This document shows positions 38,722 through 48,036 of a DNA stretch of 64,000 nucleotides, in pieces. The position numbers were made by a program, and so were the translations under genes. The notes beneath the pieces are model-generated. The model was not told where the DNA came from. It was given only the letters and a program-made list of their open reading frames with translations, and did no database searches. Source of the stretch: Candidatus Sericytochromatia bacterium (GTDB lineage: Bacteria > Cyanobacteriota > Sericytochromatia > S15B-MN24 > JAQBPE01); contig JAYKHR010000026.1 in the NCBI GenBank assembly GCA_035285125.1, positions 1-64,000 on the forward strand. The letters run 5' to 3'. How positions within the stretch are numbered: position 1 is the stretch's first letter; every line of letters starts with the position of its first letter.

Positions 38722-39072
38722 TCACCGGTCTGCTTGGGAGAGCCCCTCTCCCGGGGTCGAGGTGGTTGCCCCGTCTACCGGCGGAGGCGTCGGCGGGGTT
38801 ACGAGGGCGAGGAGGTGGGCGAGCAACTCGCCAGCCACACCACGTCGCAACGCCTTTTGGAAGGCGCCTCGCCGGGTGGCTGCCTGCACACACCCGGCTT
38901 CGCGGCACACGTAGGCGCCGCGTCCGTTCAACCGCTGACCCTCATCGAGGGCCACCTCGCCATCGGGCTGCCGGACGAGCCGGACCAGCGCGGGGCGGGG
39001 AACCAGCTGCCGACACGCCACACACTGGCGAGCCGGCACCCGGCCCGGTTGCCCGGACCTGTCAGCGGTCAT
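38722..39072 (-). CDS. ylxR: YlxR/DUF448 RNA-binding protein
   Basis: PARQCVAC, GRGAYVC; lies between nusA and infB. Confidence 0.88.
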   Translation of the reverse strand: MTADRSGQPGRVPARQCVACRQLVPRPALVRLVRQPDGEVALDEGQRLNGRGAYVCREAGCVQAATRRGAFQKALRRGVAGELLAHLLALVTPPTPPPVDGATTSTPGEGLSQADR

Positions 39073-40193
39073 GTGGTGGCCTGGCCGCTCACGACCTCCT
39101 CCGTTTCCGGCGTTTCCGGCTCGTCCTCGTAACCTTCCTCTGCCGCCTGGCGCTCAAGTTCGGCAATCTGGGACTCGCTCTTGATGTCGATGCGGTAGCC
39201 CGTGAGCTTGGCCGCGAGGCGCACGTTCTGGCCCTCGCGCCCGATGGCGAGCGAGAGCATGTTGTCGGGGACCACCACCAGGGCCTGCCGGTGGTCCTCG
39301 TTGACCGTCACGCTCGACACCTTGGCCGGCGACAGCGAGTTCGCGATGTACGTCTCCAGCACGGGGCTGAACCGGATGATCTCGATCTTCTCGTTACGGA
39401 GCTCCGAGCTGATGGCCTGGATGCGGCCACCCCGGGCGCCGACACACGCGCCGATCGGGTCGATGGCGGCGTCGCGGCTGCGCACCGCGATCTTGGTGCG
39501 GTGGCCGGCCTCGCGGGCAATGCCCTCAATAATGACGGCGCCTTCGATCACCTCGGGCACCTCGAGTTCGAACAGCTCGCGCACCAAGCCCTCGCTGGCG
39601 CGGCTCACGATCACCTGGACGCCACGGGGGGTGTCACGCACCTCCTCGACGAAGACCTTGATCCGCTCACCGACGCGCCACCGCTCGCCGGGAATCTGCT
39701 CGGAACCGGGCAGCCAGGCCTCCAGCTTGCCGAGATTCACCACGATGTTGCGGCCCTCGAGGCGCTGCACCGTGCCGATGACGGTGATGCCCTGCTTGTC
39801 TTTGTACTCGTCATAGAGAATCTTGCGCTCGGACTCGCGCAGGCGCTGCGTGATGACCTGCTTCGCCATCTGCGCGGCCAGGCGACCGAAGTCCTTGGGC
39901 GTCACATCGAAGGCGATCGTCTCGTCGACCTGCGCGTCCTCGCGGTGGGCCTTGGCCTCCTCCAGCGAGATCTCCTCCTTGGGGTCCTGCACCTCATCGA
40001 CGATGTACTTGTGGGCAAAGACCTTGAAGGTGCCAGTTTCAAGGTCGAGCTCGACCTCGGCGTTCTGGGTGACGTTGGGGTCCCGTCGGTAGGCCGCCAG
40101 CAGGGCCGCCTCGAGGGCGTCCTTCAGAACGGCCGGCGCGATGCCCCGCTCGCGAGCCAGGGCGCTGAATGCTTCCTTGATCGTGTTCGACAC
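39069..40193 (-). CDS. nusA: Transcription termination factor NusA
   Basis: FGRLAAQMAKQ, AREAGHRTKIAV, GACVG, AIGREGQNVRLA. Confidence 0.96.
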   Translation of the reverse strand: MSNTIKEAFSALARERGIAPAVLKDALEAALLAAYRRDPNVTQNAEVELDLETGTFKVFAHKYIVDEVQDPKEEISLEEAKAHREDAQVDETIAFDVTPKDFGRLAAQMAKQVITQRLRESERKILYDEYKDKQGITVIGTVQRLEGRNIVVNLGKLEAWLPGSEQIPGERWRVGERIKVFVEEVRDTPRGVQVIVSRASEGLVRELFELEVPEVIEGAVIIEGIAREAGHRTKIAVRSRDAAIDPIGACVGARGGRIQAISSELRNEKIEIIRFSPVLETYIANSLSPAKVSSVTVNEDHRQALVVVPDNMLSLAIGREGQNVRLAAKLTGYRIDIKSESQIAELERQAAEEGYEDEPETPETEEVVSGQATT

Positions 40194-40207
40194 CTGCCGA
40201 GATCCCC

Positions 40208-40699
40208 CTACTTGACCGCCGGCACGCTGGATTTCAGCGCCAGCCGGACCTGCTTGACCTTCGCCCTCTCGAGCGCTACGGGCTTGCCAGACAACCCCGT
40301 CAGATGAACCTTCTCGCCGGTCACGGCGCCCAACAGGCCGTGGACCACCTGCTCAGCCTTCCCGGACTCCTCGAGGGTCAACGCCTCCGTGAGGGTGACG
40401 CGGACGAGCCGCCCCTCGAAGATGCGCATTTCTCGCTCCGTTTTCAGCACCCGCTCCGCACCCGGTGAGGACACCTCCAGATGGTAAGCCGTCTTGACCG
40501 GGTCGTCCTGGTCGAGCCGCTCCGAGAGGGCTTCGCTGATGCGCTGGCAGTCATCGAGGCTGACGCCGTCCGCCCGGTGCAGGTAAACCCGCAGGACCCA
40601 GCGGGGACCCTCTTTCGCGTACTCGAGGTCCACCAGTTCGAAGCCCTGAGCCTGCACGACGGGCTCGGCGATCTGGAACAGATCGTCACGCACCGACAA
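40208..40699 (-). CDS. rimP: Ribosome maturation factor RimP
   Basis: LRVYL, LDDC, YHLEVSSPGAER; TTG start after AAAGGTGG. Confidence 0.92.
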   Translation of the reverse strand: MSVRDDLFQIAEPVVQAQGFELVDLEYAKEGPRWVLRVYLHRADGVSLDDCQRISEALSERLDQDDPVKTAYHLEVSSPGAERVLKTEREMRIFEGRLVRVTLTEALTLEESGKAEQVVHGLLGAVTGEKVHLTGLSGKPVALERAKVKQVRLALKSSVPAVK

Positions 40700-40743
40700 G
40701 GGGGTCCACCTTTCTGAGCAGCTGTTCGGGGTTGGGAGGGACG

Positions 40744-40771
40744 AAAAAAAGGAGTGGGCGAGACCCACTCC
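40744..40771 (-). terminator. rimP-leader terminator/attenuator hairpin
   Basis: GGAGTGGG-TCTCG-CCCACTCC followed by T7, about 45 nt upstream of rimP. Confidence 0.85.
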
Positions 40772-40950
40772 ACCACGGTCACTTTCGCGCCGCTTCCACG
40801 TCGATATGTCAGGACGGGCCTGGGCTAGAGGTACCGTCAACCAGGCGAACCTGGATCCTAACTCATCATCGGGAGACTATCCTGAACGACGCGCGGGGCC
40901 GAGGCCTCGCGGATCTCTGGCGGTGTCGAACGCCACCAAGGCGGAGTGTG
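40744..40950 (-). ncRNA. Candidate structured RNA or long leader upstream of rimP
   Basis: Bounded by a sigma70 promoter and a terminator; nested helices and a UUCG tetraloop; no credible CDS. Confidence 0.55.
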
Positions 40951-40955
40951 GGCTC

Positions 40956-40984
40956 ATTATAGGCGAAGGCCCGCGGGGGCGCAA
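40956..40984 (-). promoter_or_regulatory. sigma70-type promoter
   Basis: TTGCGC-17 nt-TATAAT. Confidence 0.8.
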
Positions 40985-41022
40985 CCTGCCGCCCCCGGCC
41001 GTGCCGCCCGCGGGGCGACGGG

Positions 41023-41568
41023 CTATCCCTTGGTGTAGACCTCGGGCTTGAGCACCCCGACGTACGGCAGGTTGCGGTACTTCTGGTCGTAGTCGAGTCC
41101 GTAGCCGACCACGAACTGGTCGGGGATGGTGAAACCCACGTACTTCACGGGCACCTCGATCAACCGCCGGGACGGCTTGTCCAGCAGGGTGCAGATCTCG
41201 AGGCTGGCGGGGCGACGCTCCTGCAGCAGGCGCACCAGGTAGCTCAGCGTGAGCCCGGTGTCGATGATGTCCTCGAGGATCAACACGTGACGGCCCGTGA
41301 TGTTCTCGTCGAGATCCTTGAGGATCCGCACCACACCGGAAGACCGGGTGCTCGCCCCGTAGCTGGAGATCGACATGAAGTCGATGTCCAGTGGCAGCTC
41401 GATGGCGCGCATCATGTCGCCGAAGAATACGGCCACGCCACGCAACACGCCGATCAGAAGGACGTTGGGCCGGTCCGCGTAGTCGCTCGCGATCTCGGTC
41501 CCCATGGCCCGGATGCGCTCGGCGATCTGGGCTTCGCTGAGAAGGACGTGATCGATGAGGTGGTGCAT
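41023..41568 (-). CDS. hpt: Hypoxanthine phosphoribosyltransferase
   Basis: GVLRG, ISSYG, ILEDIIDTGLTL, FVVGYGLDY. Confidence 0.95.
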   Translation of the reverse strand: MHHLIDHVLLSEAQIAERIRAMGTEIASDYADRPNVLLIGVLRGVAVFFGDMMRAIELPLDIDFMSISSYGASTRSSGVVRILKDLDENITGRHVLILEDIIDTGLTLSYLVRLLQERRPASLEICTLLDKPSRRLIEVPVKYVGFTIPDQFVVGYGLDYDQKYRNLPYVGVLKPEVYTKG

Positions 41569-41786
41569 GGAGGGGCCTCTCGCTGGCAAGCACGGACGAA
41601 GCGGGAATTGTACCGGCTCGGGCCATGTAGCGCGAGGCCGTCAAGACACCCCGTCGTTTTTTTTTCGACGGAAGTGGGATAATGATGAGGAAAAATCGCG
41701 CGGGAGCGCCCCGAGCGTCGGGAGCCCGCCCAGGCCGCGCACGTGACGCCCCGGGCGTCGAGTCCACCGCTAGCCAGGAGACCCCC

Positions 41787-42569
41787 ATGAGCAACCTCTC
41801 GCGCCCCATCATCGGCCTCGCCGCCGCCTCGCTGCTGGTCGCTTCCGCCGGCTGCGACGCCGCAAGCTTCACCGCCCTCAACCAGAACCTCGCCGAGATC
41901 AAGAAGTCGTCGGCCCTCAACGTCGACGTGCGGCTGCCGACGGCGGCCATCGCGACGGCCCTCGGTGGCCTTGAGTTGCTCAAGGCGCTCTCCAAGCCGT
42001 CGGGCAGCGCCGGGAAGCCGAGTGGTGGGCTCGTGGCGGCTGGCGGCCTCAACTTCAAGCTGCTCGACCTGTCCCCCGGCATCGGCAAAGTCGAGAAGGT
42101 CGACGCCAACAACGTGACGGCCGAGGTCAAGTACGACAGCTCGGCGCAGGCCGACGGCTCCATCACGTCCGAGATCGCCTACTTCAAGGGCAAGACCAAC
42201 GGCTACGACATCGATGCGAAGGGCTCCTTTACCTACAAGCCAGCCGCCAGGGGATCCGGCGGCGTGCTGGGCTCGGTGAACGCCGCGATGACGGGCTCCA
42301 TCAAGCACAAGGACCTGGACTTCAGCATCAAAACGCTCTCCTTTGCGACCCAGGATCCGCTGCCGCCCGATGCTGCGAACATCGGCAACCTCGAGCTGTT
42401 CGTCAAGCTCGGGAAGGACGAGACCACCCTCAAGGCCGCCATCGGCGTCGAGAAGTCCAAGATCAAGGCCGAGGCTCGCGTGATCGTGAACGGCGAGGAA
42501 CAGCCCGACATCATCAAGTTCGACCAGGACAACCCCAACTTGGCTGAGGGCGTCGCTGCCAAAAAGTGA
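41787..42569 (+). CDS. Putative lipoprotein, unknown function
   Basis: AGGAG RBS, lipobox SAGC. Confidence 0.7.
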   Translation: MSNLSRPIIGLAAASLLVASAGCDAASFTALNQNLAEIKKSSALNVDVRLPTAAIATALGGLELLKALSKPSGSAGKPSGGLVAAGGLNFKLLDLSPGIGKVEKVDANNVTAEVKYDSSAQADGSITSEIAYFKGKTNGYDIDAKGSFTYKPAARGSGGVLGSVNAAMTGSIKHKDLDFSIKTLSFATQDPLPPDAANIGNLELFVKLGKDETTLKAAIGVEKSKIKAEARVIVNGEEQPDIIKFDQDNPNLAEGVAAKK

Positions 42570-42578
42570 TGCCCGGGG

Positions 42579-42612
42579 GCGGCGCCACCCCACGGGTGAC
42601 GCCGCTTTCTTT
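42579..42612 (+). terminator. Probable intrinsic terminator
   Basis: GCGGCGCCACC/GGTGACGCCGC stem followed by TTTCTTT. Confidence 0.55.
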
Positions 42613-42662
42613 CCACGCCTCGCCAATCCATCGCGCCTCCAGGAAGGATTCACCCGCTTCTC

Positions 42663-44354
42663 ATGTCCCGCTACCGACTTCTTGCGGCCCCCGTCGCTGC
42701 CACCATCGGCATCGCCGCCTTGCCGGCCCCCGCCCAGGCCCAGATCGTGGCCTACGATGCCCGCACGCTCGCGCTCGGCGGCAACACCGTGGGCTACGCG
42801 GCCAACGCCTCCCTCGCCTACTGGAACCCCGCGGCGGTGGGCAACAGCCGGAGCTTTGGCCTGTTCCTGCCCACCATCGGCGTCTCCATCAACAACAACG
42901 TCCTCGGTGTGCTCGAGGCTTCCACGCTCGTCGGGGCGGCGGGGCGGGGGACGGCTGCCCTCGGCAGCGCGCTCACCGGCAGCCAGGGTGGCTCCTCGAT
43001 CTTCACGCGGCTCGGCAGTGCCGAAGGCCTGAACATCCGTGCCCAGACCCTCGTGGAGCCCCTCGGGTTCTCCTTCGGCGTGGGCCCGGGCAGCGTGGCC
43101 TTGCGCGTCTACGGCGGGGCCACGGCGGTGGGCGCCATCAACCTGACGCCCGAGTTCGCGGGCGACCTGACCAACCTGTTCACGGGGAGCGGCGGCCGCA
43201 CGGGCTTCCAGGAGATCACCGACGCGGCTTCCAAGGTCTCGAGCGCCGCCAGCCAGGGCCTCGCCGCGGACCCGGCGGCGCTGCGGACTGACGTGAAGGC
43301 ACTTCAGGCGGCCCTCGAGAAGAACATGAAATCGTTCATCATCGACGGCAAGACCAAGACCAAGGCCACGCCGAAGGACTTCACGGCGACCGTCGCCTCG
43401 GGCGTCACGGGGGCCGTGGCGGCGACGTACGCCCAGGCTGTGCCGCTGCCGGCCGCGCTGACGCAGCGCCTCCCGGAGGCACAGCTCACGCTCGGGCTCA
43501 CGGGCAAGGTGCTGCAGAACGGGGCCGGCCTGGTGACCGTGCCGTCCGCCGCTGGTGGCCCGGCCCTGCCCGTGGGCGTGATGCCCCTGCCCGGGGGCAC
43601 GGGCACGACCTCCAACGCGACGTTCAATGCCCTGTCCGGGTCTGCCGCCGTCCGCCTCGAGATGGATCGGGAGGTCACAGACCTCGTCAACGCCATCGGC
43701 GCTTTCGACCAGAACGTCAACCTGGCGACCATCGGCGAGTTGCTCGGCTCCGTGCAGGGGTTCCTGACGAAGGGGTTGCCCCGGTCCTCGATCGTGTTCT
43801 CCAGCGAGACCCCCGACAACGTCGGCGTCGCGGCTGATCTCGGCGCCCACTTCCGCTTCAACAAGTGGTTCTCGGTGGGGGCCACGCTCGTCAACCCAGT
43901 CCTCTTCTGGAACGCCCGGAAGACGTCTTACCGCTACGTCATCGACACGAGCCCGAACTCGGCCAGCGCGATCGCGCTGGTGCAGGACGGCAAGACGGAG
44001 ACGGTGCCTTTCCGGGTCGCCGAGCCTTTCGCCGTGCGGGCCGGCGTGGCGCTCACGCCCCAGTTCGAGAAGTTCCCCGGGACGCTGCTCAACGACTCGC
44101 TCGTCACGGCTGGCATCGACGCGCCCATCATCACGGGCCTGAACGTGCCGGGCCGGCCCGTGCTGTCGGTCGGCCTTGAGAAGCTGGTCGGGCCTTTCGC
44201 GCTTCGCGTGGGCACCCAGCAACTGGGTTATGCCCCCGTCTACACGGCCGGCTTGGGCCTGCAGACGCGGTGGGTCCAGATCAATGCCGGCGCCGGGGCC
44301 GACCTCGCGTTGCGTGGGGCGGCCGGGTCGGTCACGCTGGGCATCGGATTCTGA
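42663..44354 (+). CDS. Outer-membrane beta-barrel protein (TraF/FadL/PorV-like)
   Basis: Signal peptide AQA, ARTLALGG and YWNPAA N-terminal signature, C-terminal TLGIGF. Confidence 0.65.
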   Translation: MSRYRLLAAPVAATIGIAALPAPAQAQIVAYDARTLALGGNTVGYAANASLAYWNPAAVGNSRSFGLFLPTIGVSINNNVLGVLEASTLVGAAGRGTAALGSALTGSQGGSSIFTRLGSAEGLNIRAQTLVEPLGFSFGVGPGSVALRVYGGATAVGAINLTPEFAGDLTNLFTGSGGRTGFQEITDAASKVSSAASQGLAADPAALRTDVKALQAALEKNMKSFIIDGKTKTKATPKDFTATVASGVTGAVAATYAQAVPLPAALTQRLPEAQLTLGLTGKVLQNGAGLVTVPSAAGGPALPVGVMPLPGGTGTTSNATFNALSGSAAVRLEMDREVTDLVNAIGAFDQNVNLATIGELLGSVQGFLTKGLPRSSIVFSSETPDNVGVAADLGAHFRFNKWFSVGATLVNPVLFWNARKTSYRYVIDTSPNSASAIALVQDGKTETVPFRVAEPFAVRAGVALTPQFEKFPGTLLNDSLVTAGIDAPIITGLNVPGRPVLSVGLEKLVGPFALRVGTQQLGYAPVYTAGLGLQTRWVQINAGAGADLALRGAAGSVTLGIGF

Positions 44355-44368
44355 GGGGGGAGGCCACC

Positions 44369-45007
44369 ACGAGGTTCTGGACCCGCTCCCCCAAGGAGCG
44401 CCCCGCATCAGAGGCGCCTCTCCCCGTGAGAGGCGCCCATCGCCACGTCACGGTCCTGTTCGCTGACATCGAGGGCTTCACGGCCCTGGCTGAGCGCCTG
44501 CCGCCCGATGCGGTGGTCACCCTGCTCAACGAGTACTTCGGCGTCATGGCCGCCGTGGTCGAGCGCTTCCACGGCCGCATCGACAAGTACATCGGGGATG
44601 CGATGCTCGTCGTCTGGGAGCAACCGGTGCGCGACGGCGCTGCCCTGGCCGCCCAGGCGGCCCTGGCGATGCAGCTTGCCCTGTCGGAGTTGCAAAGCAA
44701 GTGGCTGGCCGAGGGCCGCGTGCCGCTGAAGAACCGCATCGGCATTTGCTCGGGGCAGGTCATCGAGGGGATGATCGGCGGCCCTGCCCGGCAAGACCGG
44801 ACGGTGATCGGCGATGCGGTCAACACCGCCGCTCGGCTGGAGGCCATGAACAAAGACCTGCACACGGACATCATCCTGAGCCAGAGCACCTACGAGCTGG
44901 TGCAGCCCCACGCCCGGGTGAGGGCGCTCGGCACCTACCCCATCAAGGGGCGGCAGGCGCCCATGGCCATCTACGCGCTGGTGGGATGGAGGCAGGATGA
45001 CGCCTGA
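44369..45007 (+). CDS. Stand-alone class III adenylate cyclase catalytic domain (start ACG 44369 or GTG 44426)
   Basis: VLFADIEGFT, DKYIGDA, RIGI, TVIGDAVNTAARLE. Confidence 0.85.
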   Translation, partial: TRFWTRSPKERPASEAPLPVRGAHRHVTVLFADIEGFTALAERLPPDAVVTLLNEYFGVMAAVVERFHGRIDKYIGDAMLVVWEQPVRDGAALAAQAALAMQLALSELQSKWLAEGRVPLKNRIGICSGQVIEGMIGGPARQDRTVIGDAVNTAARLEAMNKDLHTDIILSQSTYELVQPHARVRALGTYPIKGRQAPMAIYALVGWRQDDA

Positions 45008-45809
45008 CCCCTCCCACGCCGTCGCCGTGGTCTTCCTGTCTGATCTGCGCCTGGTCTCGAGCGTTGGGGCGTTAGGCGCCTACGGCTTCTGGTTGCTGAC
45101 GGGGCGGTCCTCGGCGGCCTCCCTGGCGCGCCTGGCTCTGGTGGTCGTGCTGCTGGGCTCGCTGGGCATGATGGGCCTGGCGGGGCTGTCGGAGCTGCCG
45201 CTGCGGGAGTGGTTCCTGGTGGCCTGGGTGATGGTCTGGCTGTTGGGCAGCCTGGTCTTCAACCTGGCTGCCCTCGGGGGGGCGGTGGCCGCTGGGGCCG
45301 TCTTGCTCATCGGGTGGTCCTACGTCGCGCCGGCGGGTTGGGGCGGGGCGAGCGGTGCCGACGTGCCCGACCTCGTGCGGTACTGGAGCTCGCTGCGCGA
45401 CGCTTTGGCCGCGGTCGGCGCAGCATGCGTGAGCCTGGCCATCGGGGCTGGCGTGGTCCGGGCCGTCGTCGGCGACAGGCGAACCAGCCAGGCCTACGCG
45501 CCGACGGACCTGGTGGCGGTCGCAAGCCTGTACGCCCGGCTGGGGGCTGGCCTTGCCGCGCTCGGCCTGCTTGCGGCGGGCCTCGCGTGGCGGCATGACC
45601 CCGGCGGAGGGGGGCTGCACCTCGTGCGCGGCGTCGGGATGGCGTGGCTGCTCGGTGTGGCCCTTGCCTGGCTGACGGGACCGCGGGCCGGCCTGGTTCC
45701 GGCCTGGCGCCTGGTCCTTCTCGCGGTGCTGGGAGGTGGGGCCTGCGGATGGTTGTTCGCGGGCGCCAGGCTGGCTGCCTACTTGACCCCGGGCATCGCG
45801 GCTCCTTAA
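44997..45809 (+). CDS. Multi-pass membrane protein, unknown function
   Basis: About 8 hydrophobic segments; GGAGG RBS; overlaps the cyclase stop. Confidence 0.6.
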   Translation: MTPDPSHAVAVVFLSDLRLVSSVGALGAYGFWLLTGRSSAASLARLALVVVLLGSLGMMGLAGLSELPLREWFLVAWVMVWLLGSLVFNLAALGGAVAAGAVLLIGWSYVAPAGWGGASGADVPDLVRYWSSLRDALAAVGAACVSLAIGAGVVRAVVGDRRTSQAYAPTDLVAVASLYARLGAGLAALGLLAAGLAWRHDPGGGGLHLVRGVGMAWLLGVALAWLTGPRAGLVPAWRLVLLAVLGGGACGWLFAGARLAAYLTPGIAAP

Positions 45810-45829
45810 ACTCACGCAGAGGTTTCTGT

Positions 45830-46489
45830 GTGACTGACCCGGCCCACAACGTGACGACAGCCGAGCAACCGGCTCCGGATGAGACCCGGGCCCCGGCTTC
45901 CGGGCCCTTTGAGCGCGTCTTGGCCTGGTGGAAGGCGCCCAAGTCCAAGGGGCGGGAAAACGTCGAGACCTTTGTCGTGGCACTCGGGCTGGCGTTGGTC
46001 GTCCGCGCCACGGTGGCCGAGGCCCGCTTCATTCCTTCCGAGTCGATGCTCCCCACCTTGGAGGTCGGCGACAGGCTGATTGTGGAGAAGGTTTCCTATC
46101 GCTTCGAGATGCCAGAACGCGGCGATATCGTGGTGTTCGAGCCCCCCTTGGCGGCGACGGCCGGCCTGCGGACAGGCAACGCGTTCATCAAGCGCGTGGT
46201 GGGGTTGCCCGGGGAACGCATCGACATCCGGGGGGGCAAGGTGTTCATCGAGGGCCGGCCCCTGGATGAACCTTACATCCTCGAGGCGCCCAGGTACCCG
46301 GACCCTGACTGGGAACTGCTCGACATGCCGGGAGGGCTGATCCCCGCCGACGCGGTCTTCGTGATGGGTGACAACCGGAACAACAGCCAGGACAGCCACG
46401 TCTGGGGGCCCCTGCCGATCGCCAACATCATCGGGCAGACCGTCTTCCGGTTCTGGCCGGTGGCGCGCGTCGGTGTGGTGCAGTCCTGA
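45830..46489 (+). CDS. lepB: Signal peptidase I
   Basis: IPSESMLPTL, RGDIVVF, FIKRVVGLPG, GDNRNNSQDS. Confidence 0.95.
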   Translation: MTDPAHNVTTAEQPAPDETRAPASGPFERVLAWWKAPKSKGRENVETFVVALGLALVVRATVAEARFIPSESMLPTLEVGDRLIVEKVSYRFEMPERGDIVVFEPPLAATAGLRTGNAFIKRVVGLPGERIDIRGGKVFIEGRPLDEPYILEAPRYPDPDWELLDMPGGLIPADAVFVMGDNRNNSQDSHVWGPLPIANIIGQTVFRFWPVARVGVVQS

Positions 46490-46550
46490 GCACAGCCCGG
46501 CTGTGACGCCTCGCCTTGTGAAGCGCGCGCCGCCTGGTTAAGATTTTCTC

Positions 46551-46814
46551 ATGCCGGCGTTGGATGCAGACGAATGGCTCGCGGCCGTGATGGCCGACGA
46601 GGGCTGGCAGGCCCCGCTCGCCGAGGCCTCCCGCCTCGCGATTGTCGCGCGGCTGGAGGCCTTGCTGCCCCCGGGCACGACCATCGCCAGCGACGAAGGT
46701 GATCGGCTGCGGGCAGCGCTGCGGGAGCTTGCCACCCTGGCCGAACGCCTGGCGGCGGGTACCCTCGACGAGGCAGCGCTCGTGGGGGCTTGGTCGAGGT
46801 CGCTGCGTGCCTGA
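46551..46814 (+). CDS. Small hypothetical protein
   Basis: Fills the gap between lepB and SpoIID; helical composition. Confidence 0.45.
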   Translation: MPALDADEWLAAVMADEGWQAPLAEASRLAIVARLEALLPPGTTIASDEGDRLRAALRELATLAERLAAGTLDEAALVGAWSRSLRA

Positions 46815-47979
46815 CGGGGGCCGCGGCGTGGGGGCCGGAGCCGCGTGGCTGGCCGTGGTCGCGGCGTGGGCCGTGGCGCTGCCCGCCTGGGCGTCGCCCC
46901 TGTCGCTGCGGGTGGGCTTGCTGGAGGGGGTCGGTTCGACCACGTTGGCGGCCTCCGTGGAGGCCTCGGTCCAGGATGGGACCGGGCGCGAGGTCGCGCG
47001 GCTCGCGCCCGTCGAGGGCTGGAGCGCCAGCGCCTCCCAGGGGGCCATCCAGCTGCGCGGCCCGCGCGGCCAGTCGCTGCGCCTCGCCGCCGGGGCGCGG
47101 ATCGTGCCGGCGGCCTCGGTGGCCACCCCGCTCGTCTTCGCTGGCAACCGGTGGTATCGCGGCACGCTCGAGCTCAGGACCGGCAAGGGCGGGCTGGTGG
47201 TGGTGAACCGCGTCGACCTGGAGGCCTACCTGTACGGGGTGGTCCCGTCGGAGATGTCTGCGAACTGGCCCGAGGCGGCGCTTCGCTGTCAGGCGGTGGC
47301 GGCGCGCTCCTACGCGCTCGCCAACCTCGGGAAGCACGGCAAGGCAGGATTCGACATCTGCGACACTGACGAGTGCCAGGTGTACAAGGGCGCAGGCCGC
47401 GAGGCGCTGGCCTCGAACCTGGCGGTGGAGGCGACCCGGGCCATGGTGTTGATGCAGGGGGGGCGGGTTCTACCTGCCTTTTTCCACGCCTCCTCCGGCG
47501 GCTACACCGAGAACAGTGAGGACGTCTGGGTGCAGCGGCTAGACCACATCCGGGCCGTGCCTGACTATGACCAGAACTCGCCGCACTACACCTGGTACAA
47601 GAACGTCGACGCTAGCCACCTGGCCTCGCGGCTCGCCAACCGGGGCGTCCGGGTGGGCGGGCTGCGAGACATCCAGGCTGTCTCACGGTCCTACTCGGGC
47701 AGGGTGCGCGAGGTTCGCGTCGTGGGCACGTCCGGCACCCGCACCATCTCGGGAGAGACCCTGCGGATTGCGGCAGGCCTCAACAGCACGCTGTTCAACC
47801 TGGCCCCTCGGGGCGGCAGCAGTGGCCTGCCGGCCGAGTTTGCGTTTGCCGGGAGGGGATGGGGCCACGGCCTCGGCATGTCGCAGTGGGGGGCGCGGCG
47901 GCTCGCGGAGGCGGGATACGCCTTCAGCCAGATCCTGGCCCACTACTACCCTGGCTCGTCCCTCGAACGCCTGCCCTGA
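46807..47979 (+). CDS. SpoIID/LytB-domain protein (start uncertain)
   Basis: YRG, LEAYLYGVVPSEM, QAVAARSYA, CQVY, GWGHGLGMSQWGA. Confidence 0.92.
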   Translation: MPDGGRGVGAGAAWLAVVAAWAVALPAWASPLSLRVGLLEGVGSTTLAASVEASVQDGTGREVARLAPVEGWSASASQGAIQLRGPRGQSLRLAAGARIVPAASVATPLVFAGNRWYRGTLELRTGKGGLVVVNRVDLEAYLYGVVPSEMSANWPEAALRCQAVAARSYALANLGKHGKAGFDICDTDECQVYKGAGREALASNLAVEATRAMVLMQGGRVLPAFFHASSGGYTENSEDVWVQRLDHIRAVPDYDQNSPHYTWYKNVDASHLASRLANRGVRVGGLRDIQAVSRSYSGRVREVRVVGTSGTRTISGETLRIAAGLNSTLFNLAPRGGSSGLPAEFAFAGRGWGHGLGMSQWGARRLAEAGYAFSQILAHYYPGSSLERLP

Positions 47980-48036
47980 GGCTCGGCAGGTCTGCCGTCA
48001 CGGGCTGAGCGGGGCTCGGCTCGGGGGCCTTGTGCC

